A stretch of DNA of 57,136 nt, the filler included, from Stramenopiles sp. TOSAG23-6 (Eukaryota): the NCBI GenBank assembly GCA_900128565.1. It is 2 parts of 2 records of this genome, joined end to end, with 100 filler letters (N's around TTAATTAATTAA, not from the genome) between each part and the next. Parts side by side here need not be neighbours in the genome. Positions count along the whole stretch, not along the records: positions 28,783 to 57,136 come from LT635977.1; 1 more part is not named here. One strand, written 5' to 3'. Positions 45,156 through 55,878 of the stretch are shown in pieces (position 1 is the stretch's first letter; the number at the start of each line of letters is the position of its first letter). A program made the position numbers and the translations under genes. The notes under the pieces were generated by a model. It was not told where the DNA came from, did not search any database, and saw only the letters and a program-made list of their open reading frames with translations.

Positions 45156-47072
45156 TCAATCCTCTAAAATATCAGGGTGGCAAATATGCGCAACTAAAGC
45201 ATACCTTGACTTAATTGTTGATATATTCCATGCATAATGTACAAAAGAATCATCCCATACTTCTACCTTCCCCACGCGCAATGGCCTTGTCTCATAGCCT
45301 ACATTCAATCCACTGGTACTCTCAGAGCTTATGAATGATTCAGGAACAATTAGAGGTAAATGTATCGTCAATCGGGAATTTGTTGGACCAGTGTGTAACT
45401 TGAGACTTGAACGGGGTCCTAATTTAAGGAATGACACAGAGCCCGATACATTTTGATTATTTACACATCCTCTTCGATTTGATATTAATTGTGTTTTCTG
45501 TAATATCTTACAGACGTGTGTAGCTCTTTTACATGCTTCCTCGTTCCACACTCCATTAATGGCTAAAAGAAAAGACGACCAACTAGATTTGGTGGTATTT
45601 CGTTTTGTATTGTTTTGCGTTGTTTTCTTCAGTAAATCTGTATCAAGCAGTGCAGCTGAGAATAATGAATCTTTATGTTTTGGTTCATCTTGTTGAAATG
45701 AAGATTGCAAAAGCTTCTTTAATTCTTTTATAATAATTGGTGCATTAGACTCAAGTTCATTCACAATACTTTGTAATTCCCTCCAATAAATTCCATTTTG
45801 AAACTGAATTTTTTCTGTCCACCATGGATATGCTCTTAGACGTATTAAATAATGTTCAGGTAATTGAAAATGATCCTTCCATAATACAATATTATACTTT
45901 CGAAGAACTTCAAATATTGATTTAATTATCTTTGATTTTGTACATGAAATATTCACTGTTTGATGAAGTAAAAGTATAATTTTCCGAGCTGCACTTTTGA
46001 TGATGTTATTTCTTGTCAAAAATAAATTTCCCTTTTTGAGTAATACTGACAATGTAAACTGCTTGGAACCCATTACATCTGGGAGTAAATTCGTGTCTAA
46101 TAAATCTTTTTTTATAACAATTTCTTCACAATCAACAAAAGAACAGATAGAAGAGTGTAACCCTAACCCTAATCTATTTCCCTTGGAATCAAAATTGAAA
46201 TGTTGAAATTGAGATGATATACACACATTGAATACTCTCAAATATACAGTCAATGCGTCTCTCATTTTATGTTGTACCTCACTTTCTCTCATTTTGTGTT
46301 GTGTTTCACTTTTTGTGTCACTTGTCGATAATTCAACGCAATGTGCGTGTTGAATTCCTAAATGAAACGCAGCAGATTCAACTATTTTTGTTTCAAAGTC
46401 GTCAATATCTTCAGCTTCTGATAGACAAATTGGTGAAGAACTAGCAGCCTTTTTGAAATGAAATACAGGGGTACCAAATGTCTTCAAAAAGTGGGTCACT
46501 GAAATAAAACGTCCGCTAGTAAATATTTTTATTTCGTTTGGTTTAGAGTGTTCGGGAGTACAGCCACCAAGAAATTTAAAAGAAATTGCTATTAAAGAAT
46601 GGACAAGTTTGCGACTAAAGACACTCGATGAAGATACAGCTACTTCGTGTTGTAGTCGTGCAATCATTGCAAAATGAATCTCCACAAGCAATGAATGATA
46701 TGATTCCTCTAATTTGTGTCCAAGTATAGCTGCTTCGCAGATTCGACAACGAAGGAGCAACTTTCTATAAATCAAATATAATATTCTTGTTGGTGGCATT
46801 GGTATAATCTTTTCAGCCCTAGAAGATACGTTTCTCGTGTCTAGAGAATTTAAAAACAATTGTTCGCCATACCAGGCAGCAACAGTTGCTTCTTTTTTTC
46901 TATGAAATTGTTGAAGTTTATTTGATAAAAGCAAAACACGGTCAGCGACTTCATGCTCACTTTCTGAACCTAACGAAGACACTGGGTTGAAAGAAAGAGA
47001 ATGTAGACCTGTTATCCCAATTGAATGCTTTTGAATAAGTAGAATAAAAAATATCAATCCGCATCGCATCAT
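45156..47072 (-). CDS. Mirror copy of the Asp/Asn beta-hydroxylase-domain protein
   Basis: Exact reverse complement of 38847..40763. Confidence 0.8.
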   Translation of the reverse strand: MMRCGLIFFILLIQKHSIGITGLHSLSFNPVSSLGSESEHEVADRVLLLSNKLQQFHRKKEATVAAWYGEQLFLNSLDTRNVSSRAEKIIPMPPTRILYLIYRKLLLRCRICEAAILGHKLEESYHSLLVEIHFAMIARLQHEVAVSSSSVFSRKLVHSLIAISFKFLGGCTPEHSKPNEIKIFTSGRFISVTHFLKTFGTPVFHFKKAASSSPICLSEAEDIDDFETKIVESAAFHLGIQHAHCVELSTSDTKSETQHKMRESEVQHKMRDALTVYLRVFNVCISSQFQHFNFDSKGNRLGLGLHSSICSFVDCEEIVIKKDLLDTNLLPDVMGSKQFTLSVLLKKGNLFLTRNNIIKSAARKIILLLHQTVNISCTKSKIIKSIFEVLRKYNIVLWKDHFQLPEHYLIRLRAYPWWTEKIQFQNGIYWRELQSIVNELESNAPIIIKELKKLLQSSFQQDEPKHKDSLFSAALLDTDLLKKTTQNNTKRNTTKSSWSSFLLAINGVWNEEACKRATHVCKILQKTQLISNRRGCVNNQNVSGSVSFLKLGPRSSLKLHTGPTNSRLTIHLPLIVPESFISSESTSGLNVGYETRPLRVGKVEVWDDSFVHYAWNISTIKSRYALVAHICHPDILED

Positions 47073-47309
47073 TGTCAAAATAGACAAATTAAAGAGTGGA
47101 TTTATTTATCTTGGCATACAATCAAGAAAATTTTAGCGTACGTACTACGTGTAAAGTTGACTAATGTTACATTGTTAACAGAAATTTAAATTGGTGCCAC
47201 GTGGCAATTCTAACCAACTTGTCAAACTTTGTCAAAATAATATCATCATTCTCGCGGCGATGTAACAAAAGTTTACTAATCTTAAGAAACGCATTGGAAA
47301 GGAGTTGAA

Positions 47310-47897
47310 ATGTCAACAGCTCCCTCTAAAACTAGCATCGGTGACATTTACTTACGCGATTGGGTTGATGTGTATTATCCTCGGCATGTGACTCAATTTA
47401 CTTCTCTACAAGATGTTTTTGATAGACTGTCAGCTTTTCATGTTGTTCCGCTTCCAAATTCAAAGCAACGTTCTGCAGCTTTACGAAAAAGAAAACGAGA
47501 GAATAACGAAAGAATGGAGGAAATTAAAAAAAAATGTACCGTGATGACAAAAGAGGTGAATGACCTTATAAATAAAGTGCGTTCTCCTGATATTCCAGTG
47601 GAACAGAAACTATTATTAGAGGAATTAGTGCTTAGAAGTGACCTCATGGCTACACCTGCTCAGAGGCGCCGTTGGTTAAAATTTATTCGAACTGCCTCTG
47701 ATCGCCAACGGAGGGCAGAGGAAAAAGAAAAGCGTTCCATAATTCGCGAACAGAAAGCCCGTGAAGCTGCTGCAAAGAGGAAAGCAAAAGAAAAAGAACT
47801 TTTGAGTAAATTAGGAATTTCAAAAACACAGTCACCTAGAAAAATAGTTCAGCCAATACGCCAAAGTAGTAGAAAACGGAAACCGAATTTGAGGTAA
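47310..47897 (+). CDS. Mirror copy of the hypothetical coiled-coil protein
   Basis: Exact reverse complement of 38022..38609. Confidence 0.58.
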   Translation: MSTAPSKTSIGDIYLRDWVDVYYPRHVTQFTSLQDVFDRLSAFHVVPLPNSKQRSAALRKRKRENNERMEEIKKKCTVMTKEVNDLINKVRSPDIPVEQKLLLEELVLRSDLMATPAQRRRWLKFIRTASDRQRRAEEKEKRSIIREQKAREAAAKRKAKEKELLSKLGISKTQSPRKIVQPIRQSSRKRKPNLR

Positions 47898-48264
47898 TTT
47901 TTGATATATAATATTATAAATACATCCTGAATCATAAAAAAGTTAGATTATTAAAAAACTAAGAGTATAGTACAATTGTATTTGAAAAAAATACAAACAT
48001 CCATACGAAATTGTCTGACACTATTAAATTTGTTTTTTGGTTAGGTACAAAATTTCGTATGAAAAAAAACTCATCTTTCAATATTCTTTTTATTTATATT
48101 CAATCAAACTATATCAAATACAATTTAAAAGGTAAACCATATTCACACAATTTGCTACCATGTTTTAACTTGATTGAGTGTCACTCAAGCGAATGTGGAA
48201 TAAGCAAACCACATCATTTCGCGAAATCAAATGAGAATGCGCTTAGTGAGGATTCGTTAATAGT

Positions 48265-49227
48265 TCATTCAGCATCACCATCAACCTCCATATTCGCCTT
48301 TGCAAGGGCCATCATAGTTTCATGCAACTCAGCGTCCTGTTCATTATTTGTCGCATGTGGTGCAACTTTAACATTAATACTTCCACCCTTTTCAGTAATC
48401 ACTTCTTTGACCTTTTCAATCGATTTATTCAAGGTTTCAATACCAGCATTTTTATCAAGCGTGTTCAATTGCATAACATACAATGGGGGAGCAACTAATT
48501 TGATTGACATGCTTTCAGTCTTTGAAATTGTCTTTCCCGCAGAAAGTGCAGCTTTGATTGCGTCAATACCTTCTACTGTAAAACATGTAAGTTCAATATC
48601 TGCACGGACTTTAATCGCTTTTGCAGCAAGTTTGCGGTTGACGTCCTTCATAAGAGCTCTCATGATGTTTTCTGGAATATCCAAACCTCTGAAGACGTTT
48701 TCTGGATCTGTAACCGCAACTTTAAGAGCATCGAATGCATGACCGTACTTTTTAGACAATGGCCATGCAATATTCTTATAGAGGTCTTCGATGTACACTT
48801 TGCACTTTCTAGCAACGTTCAACAAAACACTATGTACTGTCTTAGACTTGTTGTAGCGGGCAGTGAATTTAGCGACATCCTCTGCAGGGACACGGCGTTT
48901 AGACAAATCCACATATCCCTTTTCCTTGTCAACACGAAGTACCAATACCACCTCTTGTCTGTTTACACGAATGAGTTTGTTGATTGATCGAATACGTCTG
49001 CGTGAAAGCTCTGAAAGAAGAACCATACCTTCAATATTGTTGTACTCCATTAACGAGACGTAAGCTCCCAATGCCTCGACTTTTTTAACGTTTACCATTA
49101 CCAACGTTTCAACTTCTGGAAAACGCTGTTTATAGTAACGACACTTACTCATGTGTTCTTCCTCAGTAGCATTGCGAAATACACCAGTTGGCTCATCGTG
49201 ATCATTATCAGTACTTTCGGCCGCCAT
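48265..49227 (-). CDS. EIF2S1: Mirror copy of eIF2 alpha
   Basis: Exact reverse complement of 36692..37654. Confidence 0.93.
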   Translation of the reverse strand: MAAESTDNDHDEPTGVFRNATEEEHMSKCRYYKQRFPEVETLVMVNVKKVEALGAYVSLMEYNNIEGMVLLSELSRRRIRSINKLIRVNRQEVVLVLRVDKEKGYVDLSKRRVPAEDVAKFTARYNKSKTVHSVLLNVARKCKVYIEDLYKNIAWPLSKKYGHAFDALKVAVTDPENVFRGLDIPENIMRALMKDVNRKLAAKAIKVRADIELTCFTVEGIDAIKAALSAGKTISKTESMSIKLVAPPLYVMQLNTLDKNAGIETLNKSIEKVKEVITEKGGSINVKVAPHATNNEQDAELHETMMALAKANMEVDGDAE

Positions 49228-49670
49228 TCTGATTATACAAACGATATATCTGTATATATGTTGATTGTGTACGTAGTCAAAGTTTATGTTCAGTTCCATA
49301 TTTTCGTATAAGAATTTGATACCTAAATTTCTACGCGTGTGCATCTCAATCGTGTGAATTTTCATGGTGATAACTAGTACCGGGTATCTTTAGTGAAAAA
49401 AAGAAAAAAAAAGTCACGAAAAAACAAGAAAAATAATTTTTGATTTGTTTTTTGTTTTTGTTTTGTGTTTGTTTGTGTTGATGTCAACACTCAAGTTCGA
49501 GTTAATGACAGCAGCAGTAAAAATCATTAAATTCTCAACTCTTGCTCAACGAACATAAACTATTGTGAACCCAGTATTAACATTCCCGATTTGAACATTC
49601 AAGTAGTCTATATCGGTATCTATTAGTAATTGCAAGACGAGAGAAAGAACAAAACACATTTTAGTTACGT

Positions 49671-50356
49671 ATGGCTCATCTTCTTGTCATCACAAGGCAT
49701 TGTTTCGTTGTGTGTATTGTAATTTTATTAACCATTCCAACGGTAACCATTTCTGCAATTCGTGGACACTCAAGTTCAAAACCTTCAAAACTGGCAATTA
49801 GAACAAATGCAACAAATCCAACAAATCCAACAAATCCAACATTCAGAACTTTGGAGAAGCTGAAATCAGACGAAACAGTCAATGAAAAACTTGCACCACA
49901 TCTACTGGATATCAAGCTCCTTTGGGCAGCGCGACACGGTTATATTCGCACAGTAAATCTTTTGTTGCAGGCTGGAGCTTCTTGCAATGCAAAAGATCAT
50001 AACAATCAGTCTGCTTTGCTATGGGCTGCAAATAATGGCCACTCTGAAATAGTAAGATTGTTAATCTCAGCTGGTGCTCTTGATGATGTACGTTTTCACT
50101 TTTTGAATTTATTTTTTCGTTCGTACTAAATTTTTTGCCTAACGATTTTTTTTTTTTTTTTGGAAAAAAAACAATAAATGTTGCAGTGATTGAAGATTAT
50201 CTCGATAGATTACACCAGTCAAACAAATCAAAATTATCTCCGTCACAGTATAATGACAATAAAGCCACATATAACCCTAACCCTAGTAGTCCTAATGATG
50301 AAAATTGGCCAATTCTTTGTAATCTGTGGTTTTGGCCGGTTCCTTGTACATGGTGA
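49671..50356 (+). CDS. Mirror copy of the ankyrin-repeat protein; intron 50088..50179 (probable GT-AT)
   Basis: Exact reverse complement of 35563..36248. Confidence 0.68.
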
Positions 50357-50832
50357 AAACAAGGGGGTGAAAACTTTAACCCTGCCTGAAAAAAAAATTG
50401 TTTAGTACGGAATTTTCTTTCGTACCGTAACGAATTTAGAATTTACTACTATATAGATATTGCTACTATAAAAAACTACGTATTTTTAAAAAAGTTAAAA
50501 AACGTGTTGTTTGCTTTTGCATCTTTCAAACTATCTGGTTCAATATTGTTTTTTCGATAGAACTTTTTAATAATTCCTAATGATAACATTCGACCACAAC
50601 TTTCTCATAAAGTAATCATCATCATCCAAGAATATGAAATAATAATTTTGTATTGAGAGACAGGAACCGTCAATTATTTTTACGAAAAAACACGAAAAAA
50701 CAAGAAAAATGTAAAATTTATACCGATCAGCTGACCAAGGAGCTTGACTTCAGGAACTCAGAATTTACCTCGTGGTATCAATTCTACCATTTGTATATTG
50801 AAAACAAAATACATTTGCAACTATTTTTCAAA

Positions 50833-52176
50833 ATGAATTATCTCTGTATTGTGCTGCTATTATTGATGATAATAAGTATAAGAGAAAGTAAAGGAGCTAC
50901 AACAGCAGAAATTACACTAGGCCTAAGAGGAGGTCCTACTTCGCAATTATCTCGCAGCGATTTAGGTAGTTTCTCTGCTGTTTCACGTGCGATGAACAAG
51001 GCAAGTGAAGTTGAATTTGGCATACGCGCACTTCGTACATCTAAAATGGTGAAAGAACTGATGCAATTATCGAGTGGAAATGTAGATATTAATTCCGTCA
51101 ATCAACATAAAGATGAGTCATCAATTCAATGGCTACGCCGTCTAGAAGGTATTCGTAAGGAATTGGAAAGAAATGCTTTAACTGTATTGTATGATACTAC
51201 AGGTGGAATCAATTGGAGTCGTAATAAAAATTGGAAGACAGATCAAGATATTTGTACATGGGATGGAGTAACGTGTAATGAAAGAGGGTGGGTTACTAAA
51301 TTGCACTTGTGGAGCAACAACCTATCTGGTTCAATACCAACGGAAATTGGTCTACTAAGAAATCTTGAAATGTTAATCTTGAATCACAACGAACTAACTG
51401 GTTCAATCCCAACGGAAATTGGTCAACTAATAAAGCTCCAAGATTTGATCTTGGACGAAAACCAACTAACTGGTTCAATACCAACAGAAATTGGTCAACT
51501 ATCAAGTCTCACTCAATTGTCCTTGCCATTCAACAAACTATCTGGCTCAATCCCAGCAGAAATTGGTCTACTAAGAAATCTCAAAGTTTTGGACTTGCGT
51601 ATCAACCAACTATCTGGTCCAATACCTTCGGAAATTGGTCAACTAACAAAGCTCAAAGAATTGATTTTGCGGAAAAACCAAATATCTGGTGCAATTCCAA
51701 AAGAAATTGGTCAACTAACGAAGCTAAGAGATTTGTCCTTGTCTCACAACAAACTATCTGATCCGATTCCAACGGAAATTGGTCAACTAAAAAGTCTTGT
51801 AAATTTTTACTTGTTCAACACCAGACTATCTGGTACAATTCCAAAAGAAATTGGTCAACTAACAAGTCTCGTTAGATTGTACTTGAACGACAACCAACTA
51901 TCTGGTGCAGTACCAACTGAAATTGGTCTACTAACAAATCTTGAACGTTTGATCTTGGGAGACAACAGCCTATCTGGTTCTATACCAAAAGAAATTGGGC
52001 AACTAACAAAACTTGAAAATTTGAATTTGGGTTTCAACAAACTATCTGGCTCCATTCCAAAAGAAATTGGTCAACTAACAAGTCTTGTTAGATTGGATTT
52101 GCAGAGAAACAACCTATCTGGTCGAATACCAGAGGAAATTGGTCAACTAACAAATTTTTTTGGTTTTTTACATTGA
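50833..52176 (+). CDS. Mirror copy of the secreted LRR protein
   Basis: Exact reverse complement of 33743..35086. Confidence 0.85.
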   Translation: MNYLCIVLLLLMIISIRESKGATTAEITLGLRGGPTSQLSRSDLGSFSAVSRAMNKASEVEFGIRALRTSKMVKELMQLSSGNVDINSVNQHKDESSIQWLRRLEGIRKELERNALTVLYDTTGGINWSRNKNWKTDQDICTWDGVTCNERGWVTKLHLWSNNLSGSIPTEIGLLRNLEMLILNHNELTGSIPTEIGQLIKLQDLILDENQLTGSIPTEIGQLSSLTQLSLPFNKLSGSIPAEIGLLRNLKVLDLRINQLSGPIPSEIGQLTKLKELILRKNQISGAIPKEIGQLTKLRDLSLSHNKLSDPIPTEIGQLKSLVNFYLFNTRLSGTIPKEIGQLTSLVRLYLNDNQLSGAVPTEIGLLTNLERLILGDNSLSGSIPKEIGQLTKLENLNLGFNKLSGSIPKEIGQLTSLVRLDLQRNNLSGRIPEEIGQLTNFFGFLH

Positions 52177-52667
52177 TTTGAAATTAGAAAAACAATTGGG
52201 TAAATATATCTAGTTGGTTCAGTATTGTTTTTTCGATAACTTTTCATGTTATATATGTTATTTTTTTGATAAATAATAAATGTACAAAATGTATATAAAA
52301 TGGTATTATCAAAATATTTTGAAACAAAATTAGAGAACTTTTTAATAATTCCTAATGATAACATTCGACCACAACTTTCTCATAAAGTATATATCATCAT
52401 CATTCAAGAATATGAAATAATAATTTTGTATTGAGAGACAGGAACAGTTAATTATTTTTAGGAAAAAACACGAAAAAACATTTAAAATTTATACCCTTGA
52501 GTCAAAACTACAAATGCACTACAAATTATAAATACCTTGACAAACTCAAGTGTCGTTCGAGTTATAGGACTGTGTGCGCTTACAACATTAATAACTGAAA
52601 AGTTTTATTATTAAACCTTTCAAGAATACATCTAATACATTTACTTTGATAACGTGGAACACGGAGT

Positions 52668-55592
52668 ATGGGAAGCATCATCACTAAATTAGTGCCACCT
52701 GATTATAAAGTTTCAATAGCGTCTAATGTGTGGAAGTGGCGTAGTGCTTTCTCAATACTTTTCTTTATCCTTGGTATTGTATGGATTTCTTTATTCCCTC
52801 TCGCATGTATAACATGTGGTGAAACGAAATGCAGGGGTACGTATCTATCTGAGAATGCCTTAATGCCTGGCTCATCGCTAGTTTCTTTTAGCAATGCTGA
52901 GATATCGCGTGCAAAAGAATTCGACGCTGCATTTTGGGAAATGCCACCTTCGAAAATTGGTGCAAAGTCTCACCAACGTCGTGATTGGTTATTGTCAACC
53001 CTTAGAGATATGGGTATAGAGGCAAATATTCACCGTTATGAGGTTGATGGTGTCGAGCGATATAATGTATATGGAGTTCTAAGGGCATCGAGAGCCTCTG
53101 GAGCTGAAGGCATGGTACTAGCCGTCACTGGTGCTAATGAAGATGTAAGTAAGAATAGACTACACTCAACTACAAGGGATACGAATTATACCTCTGGACT
53201 AGCAACATCTTTAGCTCTTTTTGAAATGTTAACGAAACTAAATTGGCTTGCTAAAGATTGTGTTCTTCTGATTCCATTAGATATTGATCTTAACAATCCT
53301 CTGGAAAACCCTAATCAAAACAAAAAACAAAAACAAAACAATCAACAAGGATTACCTTTGTCATATGGTATTGAAGCATGGCTTGAAGCATACACATTAC
53401 CACAACCTAAACTATCACAATCATTTCTGCGTGTTGGAACGATTCGCGGTGCAATTGTTGTTCAAGCTTCAGTCGATTTTGGACGTTTTACACATATAGG
53501 TAAGTAAAAAAACATCGAANTTNTGTTTTTTTTTTTTCGTACGAAATTTCGTACCTAACAAATTTTTTAGAATTTTTTTTGAAATATTTTTCCAAAATAT
53601 AGCAGCACTTCTTCCTGGTATAAACGGTCAATTACCTAATTTGGACTTGTTTAATGTTGTTGAAAAAGTTTCAGATGTTCCAATCATGTTGACAAGAACA
53701 GCACATATTGATTCCTTTGCGAAATTTACAGTAATAGCCATGCCATATTTTAAACAATTTCTTCTTTGCATTCCAAAAAAATTTCGACATTATTTTAATG
53801 ATTATCTTCAGAAAATGGCAGGAGTTTTGCGTTTTAGTGGAAGCCTTGCTCGTGGTCCATTAGGGCCTCATGCTCATTTTAGTAAATATAATATTGAAGC
53901 GTTGACAATTACACCTGTTACAATTGGTAGAAAGACATATGGTGGTGCAAGATCAAAATCATTTGGTGTTCTTGTGGAAAAACTTTTACGAAGTATGTAC
54001 GTAACCCTAACCCTACCTAAATACGAACCCTAACCCTACCTTAAAAAAACAAACCTAACCCTATTGAATAGTATATATATATTTCTTGGTACACATCAAA
54101 ATCATACCAAGTTTTTGTTTTTAACAAATATCAAATTTGACATATTGTGTAACACTGTAGTAATAATTTAGAGGAAAGATTTCATCAATCATTTTGTAGG
54201 TTTTCATTATTTTACATTTTTTTAAAATTTTTTTTCCAAAAAACGTTTCGTACGAAATTTTGTACCTAACAAAAAATTTGAAATTTTTTTTTGAAATATT
54301 TTGAAAAAATACATGGTTTTATATATTACCCTCTCCGACACTAATGGTCACTATTGGTGAATATAGTTTTGTTTTGCTTTTGATATGTATTCCTGTAATT
54401 ATAAAAATCTTAGGTTTGATTTATTCCGTGGACAGACTCGATTTTGTCGGTGCTCTATGTAGGTTAACCCTAACCCTACCCTTACTTTTACATTTTTTTT
54501 TTTTTTTGTACGAAATTTTGTACCTAACAAATTTTCACATTTCAATTTTTTTTTTAAATATATGGCCATCCTTGCTACCTTTTGCGATGGGGGGAATATT
54601 GTTTATTGTATCTACACAATCGTTAGAACAATACAAAAACAAACTTTATTTTTTAGATGTTTTCAAAACAAATGGTATCGGAGATTTTTTTGTAGAGGTT
54701 TTGAATAAGATTGCATTGTTTTTTCATAATGTTTTAGTAGGTAGAAATTTTGTAGAAAATATATTGATTATTATGTAAGTTTTATTTATTTTTTTTGTTT
54801 TCCGTAAAAAAAAAATCGAATTTATTTTTTATAGTAAATTTTGTACCTAACAAAATTTTTTAGATTTTTTTTTTGAAATATTTTTCCAAAATATATGCTA
54901 TGTACGGAAGGTTTAATTTTCATGTATGTCGGTTATAATTTAATGTACGCAAAGGGACGTACTGGTCGTTGGCAGGCTGTTAAAATTATAACACTCATTA
55001 TTTGGCTTTCAATACATCTTGTCCTTGGCCTTGGCAATTTTTCACTTGCTTGTAGGTTAACCCTAACCCTAACCCAAGTTTTCATTTTAATTTCTTTTTT
55101 TTTTAATTTTTTTTCGTAGATAATTTTGTACCTAATGTTAATTTTTTTTTGAAATATTTTTCCAAAATATAGTACTTTCTGGATTAATCACTGTCCCATT
55201 TTTAACAATAGTTCAGCCACTGCTCTCAACAAATTCAATCACAATGAAAGATGTTCTTCAGGTATATTTTATTTTATTTTTTCAATTTTTTGTCTAAATT
55301 TTTTTTTTATAGTAAATTTTGTACCTAACAATTTTTTTTTAGATTTTTTTTGAAATATTTTTCTACAATACAGTTACTGTTTTTAGTCTTCTTATCACCG
55401 GTTTCGATATTTTTTGTATTTATTCCAAAAATAAGTCATAGTATTGGCGTACATCATGAAATATTGAATCTTGAAACATTTAAAAATGATTGGAATAATT
55501 ATGGAAATTGGATTTATCCTTTAATTTGTATTTGTTATACACCTATACACTCTATTGCTACGGCTATTGCATTTACAGGGCAAGTGCAATGA
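52668..55592 (+). CDS. GAA1: GAA1 (mirror copy); join(52668..53499,53603..53996,54161..54195,54315..54458,54564..54774,54897..55051,55173..55261,55374..55592)
   Basis: 2079-nt spliced frame. Introns end AG, AG, AT, AT, AT, AG, AG. Confidence 0.88.
54196..54314 (+). other. GAA1 intron 3 (119 nt), GT-AT
   Basis: CAA TCA TTT T|gtaggt...gaaaaaatacat|GG TTT TAT ATA TTA restores the conserved HQSF.FY.L motif. Confidence 0.85.
54459..54563 (+). other. GAA1 intron 4 (105 nt), GT-AT, contains CCCTAA repeats
   Basis: CTA T|gtaggttaaccctaaccc...aaatatat|GG CCA. Confidence 0.7.
54775..54896 (+). other. GAA1 intron 5 (122 nt), GT-AT
   Basis: ATT AT|gtaagt...ccaaaatatat|G CTA. Confidence 0.72.
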
Positions 55593-55878
55593 CGTATACG
55601 AATAGAGTATTGTAGGTAATAGCTATGAATTTTCATACCATTTTTTTTATACTTTTTTTTTTTAATTTTGTTGTAAAAATAAAATATGATTTTTTTCTTG
55701 TGCAATTTAAATTGAATATTTCAAAATAATATGATTTTTTAATTCTAGAATCGCAGTATTTCGTGTTTCAATTTTTTCAGTCAGCAAAAAAAAACACAGA
55801 AGAAGAAGAATGACTCATCATCATCGCTACCTACAAAGAATACAATATTAGATAAAGTAGAATTACTAAAGTAATATC

